Source: Azolla caroliniana
Taxonomy: Eukaryota; Plantae; Polypodiophyta
Assembly: GCA_043228905.1 (NCBI GenBank)
Contig: JBHGNT010000010.1
Coordinates: forward strand, 13,702,001-13,766,000
Length of the DNA stretch: 64,000 bases
Reading direction: 5' to 3'
Part shown: one piece after another, positions 63,201 through 64,000 of the stretch
Numbering within the stretch: the stretch's first letter is position 1
Layout: every line of letters starts with the position of its first letter
The notes under the pieces: generated by a model
Seen by the model: the letters and a program-made list of their open reading frames with translations, nothing else
Databases searched by the model: none
What the model was told of the DNA's origin: nothing
Made by a program: the position numbers and the translations under genes

Positions 63201-64000
63201 CCGGCCTGTTCGGTTGTAACCGCCCACGCGCTTTGTTGTGTATTTGTGATTCGTTAATATACAAACTTTCGTGTCTCTCTGTCTCCGTGTCCATTCGTGT
63301 TCTCTGCGTTGACGGACCGTGTCCCTGTGTTCTTTGCTCATACGTAACCGGTCGTCTCTCTCTTTCTCTTTCCCCTCCTATCACCTGCTCTTCGGTTCAA
63401 GACCCCGGTGGTCCCGCCTCGTTTCTCCACGCACGCGCGTAGTAACGCGACACCGGCTGAAGAAGTCGTTGTACGGCCTGGCGCAAGCCCCTCGAACTTG
63501 GAATGTGAAGATCACGCACCGGTTGCGTAAGATGGGGTTTGTGGCCTCCAAATCGGACTCTTCACTGTTCATCCGGCAAGGCCCAACCGGTCCGGTATGT
63601 ATACTACTGTATGTTGATGATCTAGTCATCACCGGACCGGGTGTTCCAGAAATCAACCATGTCAAGTCCCAGTTGTCAGACGCATTTGAGATGAAGGATC
63701 TGGGGGACCTTCATTATTTTCTTGGGATCGAGGTGATCCGAACCCCGGACGACACATTGCTCTCACAATGACATTACGTCTTGAATATGTTGTACAAGTT
63801 CGGCATGACAGAATGCCGACCTGTATCCACACCCCTAGACCGGAACCAGAAGCTTCGTCCCAACTTCGGACCGGCCTGCAACGAGCAACGGTTCCAACAA
63901 ATTTTCGGAAGCCTTATTTACTTGACTATCACACGACCCGACATCAGCTATCCGGTCGGAATGATAAGTCAGTTCATGCAGAAGCCGACCGTGGAGCACC

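Larger units (their letters stand above)
46203..63452 (+). mobile_element. Gypsy-Y2: full-length family-Y element, interrupted by Gypsy-X2
   Basis: LTRs 46203-46816 and 62804-63452 (35-bp indel, ~3-4% substitutions); TSD CCGG; PBS TGGTGAACCCGACGTGAA 46821-38; PPT AGGTGGGGGCGGA; gag-PR 46834-48856 plus 58623-58755; disrupted pol 58756-~62700. Confidence 0.95.
43490..64000 (+). mobile_element. Copia-C (same family as Copia-B), gag-deleted, interrupted by Gypsy-Y2; runs off the window
   Basis: LTR TGTTGAG(43490)...TTTACA(43903); PBS TGGTATCAGAGC 43904-15; PR WYVDSGASNHM; IN IHSDVWGP..QQNGVAERKNR; [24 protein letters not shown]|RLKKSLYGL, LYVDDL. Confidence 0.92.

Overview
Eukaryotic land-plant DNA; the TE lineages suggest a non-seed plant such as a fern (inference). 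1-1172 is the 3' end of a chromovirus LTR element. 2122-10429 (-) is a 6-exon gene for a 402-aa coiled-coil protein with a C-terminal membrane anchor; its 6-kb intron holds LINE relics. About 11.0-13.4 kb is a decayed MULE transposase. From 13381 to the end is a nested LTR-retrotransposon island, resolved from LTR termini and TSDs: Copia-A; Gypsy-X1 (holding Gypsy-Y1); old Gypsy-X0 (holding chromovirus F, which holds solo LTR J, and Copia-B); Copia-B holds solo LTR Y3 and Copia-C; Copia-C holds Gypsy-Y2, which holds Gypsy-X2. Most notable: (1) both complete family-X elements have no polypurine tract and instead carry, 2 nt before the 3' LTR, a copy of a tRNA-Arg-like 3' half ending in CCA (a second, antisense PBS), suggesting tRNA-primed plus-strand synthesis; (2) family Y has a covarying -1 frameshift pseudoknot between protease and RT, a tRNA-Trp PBS and 4-bp CpG-centred TSDs; (3) two unrelated LTR families carry antisense tRNA-like Pol III units; (4) element F has a Tf1-like self-priming signal. 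tRNA identities are from recalled plant tRNA sequences and LTR divergences were counted by eye; both need checking.
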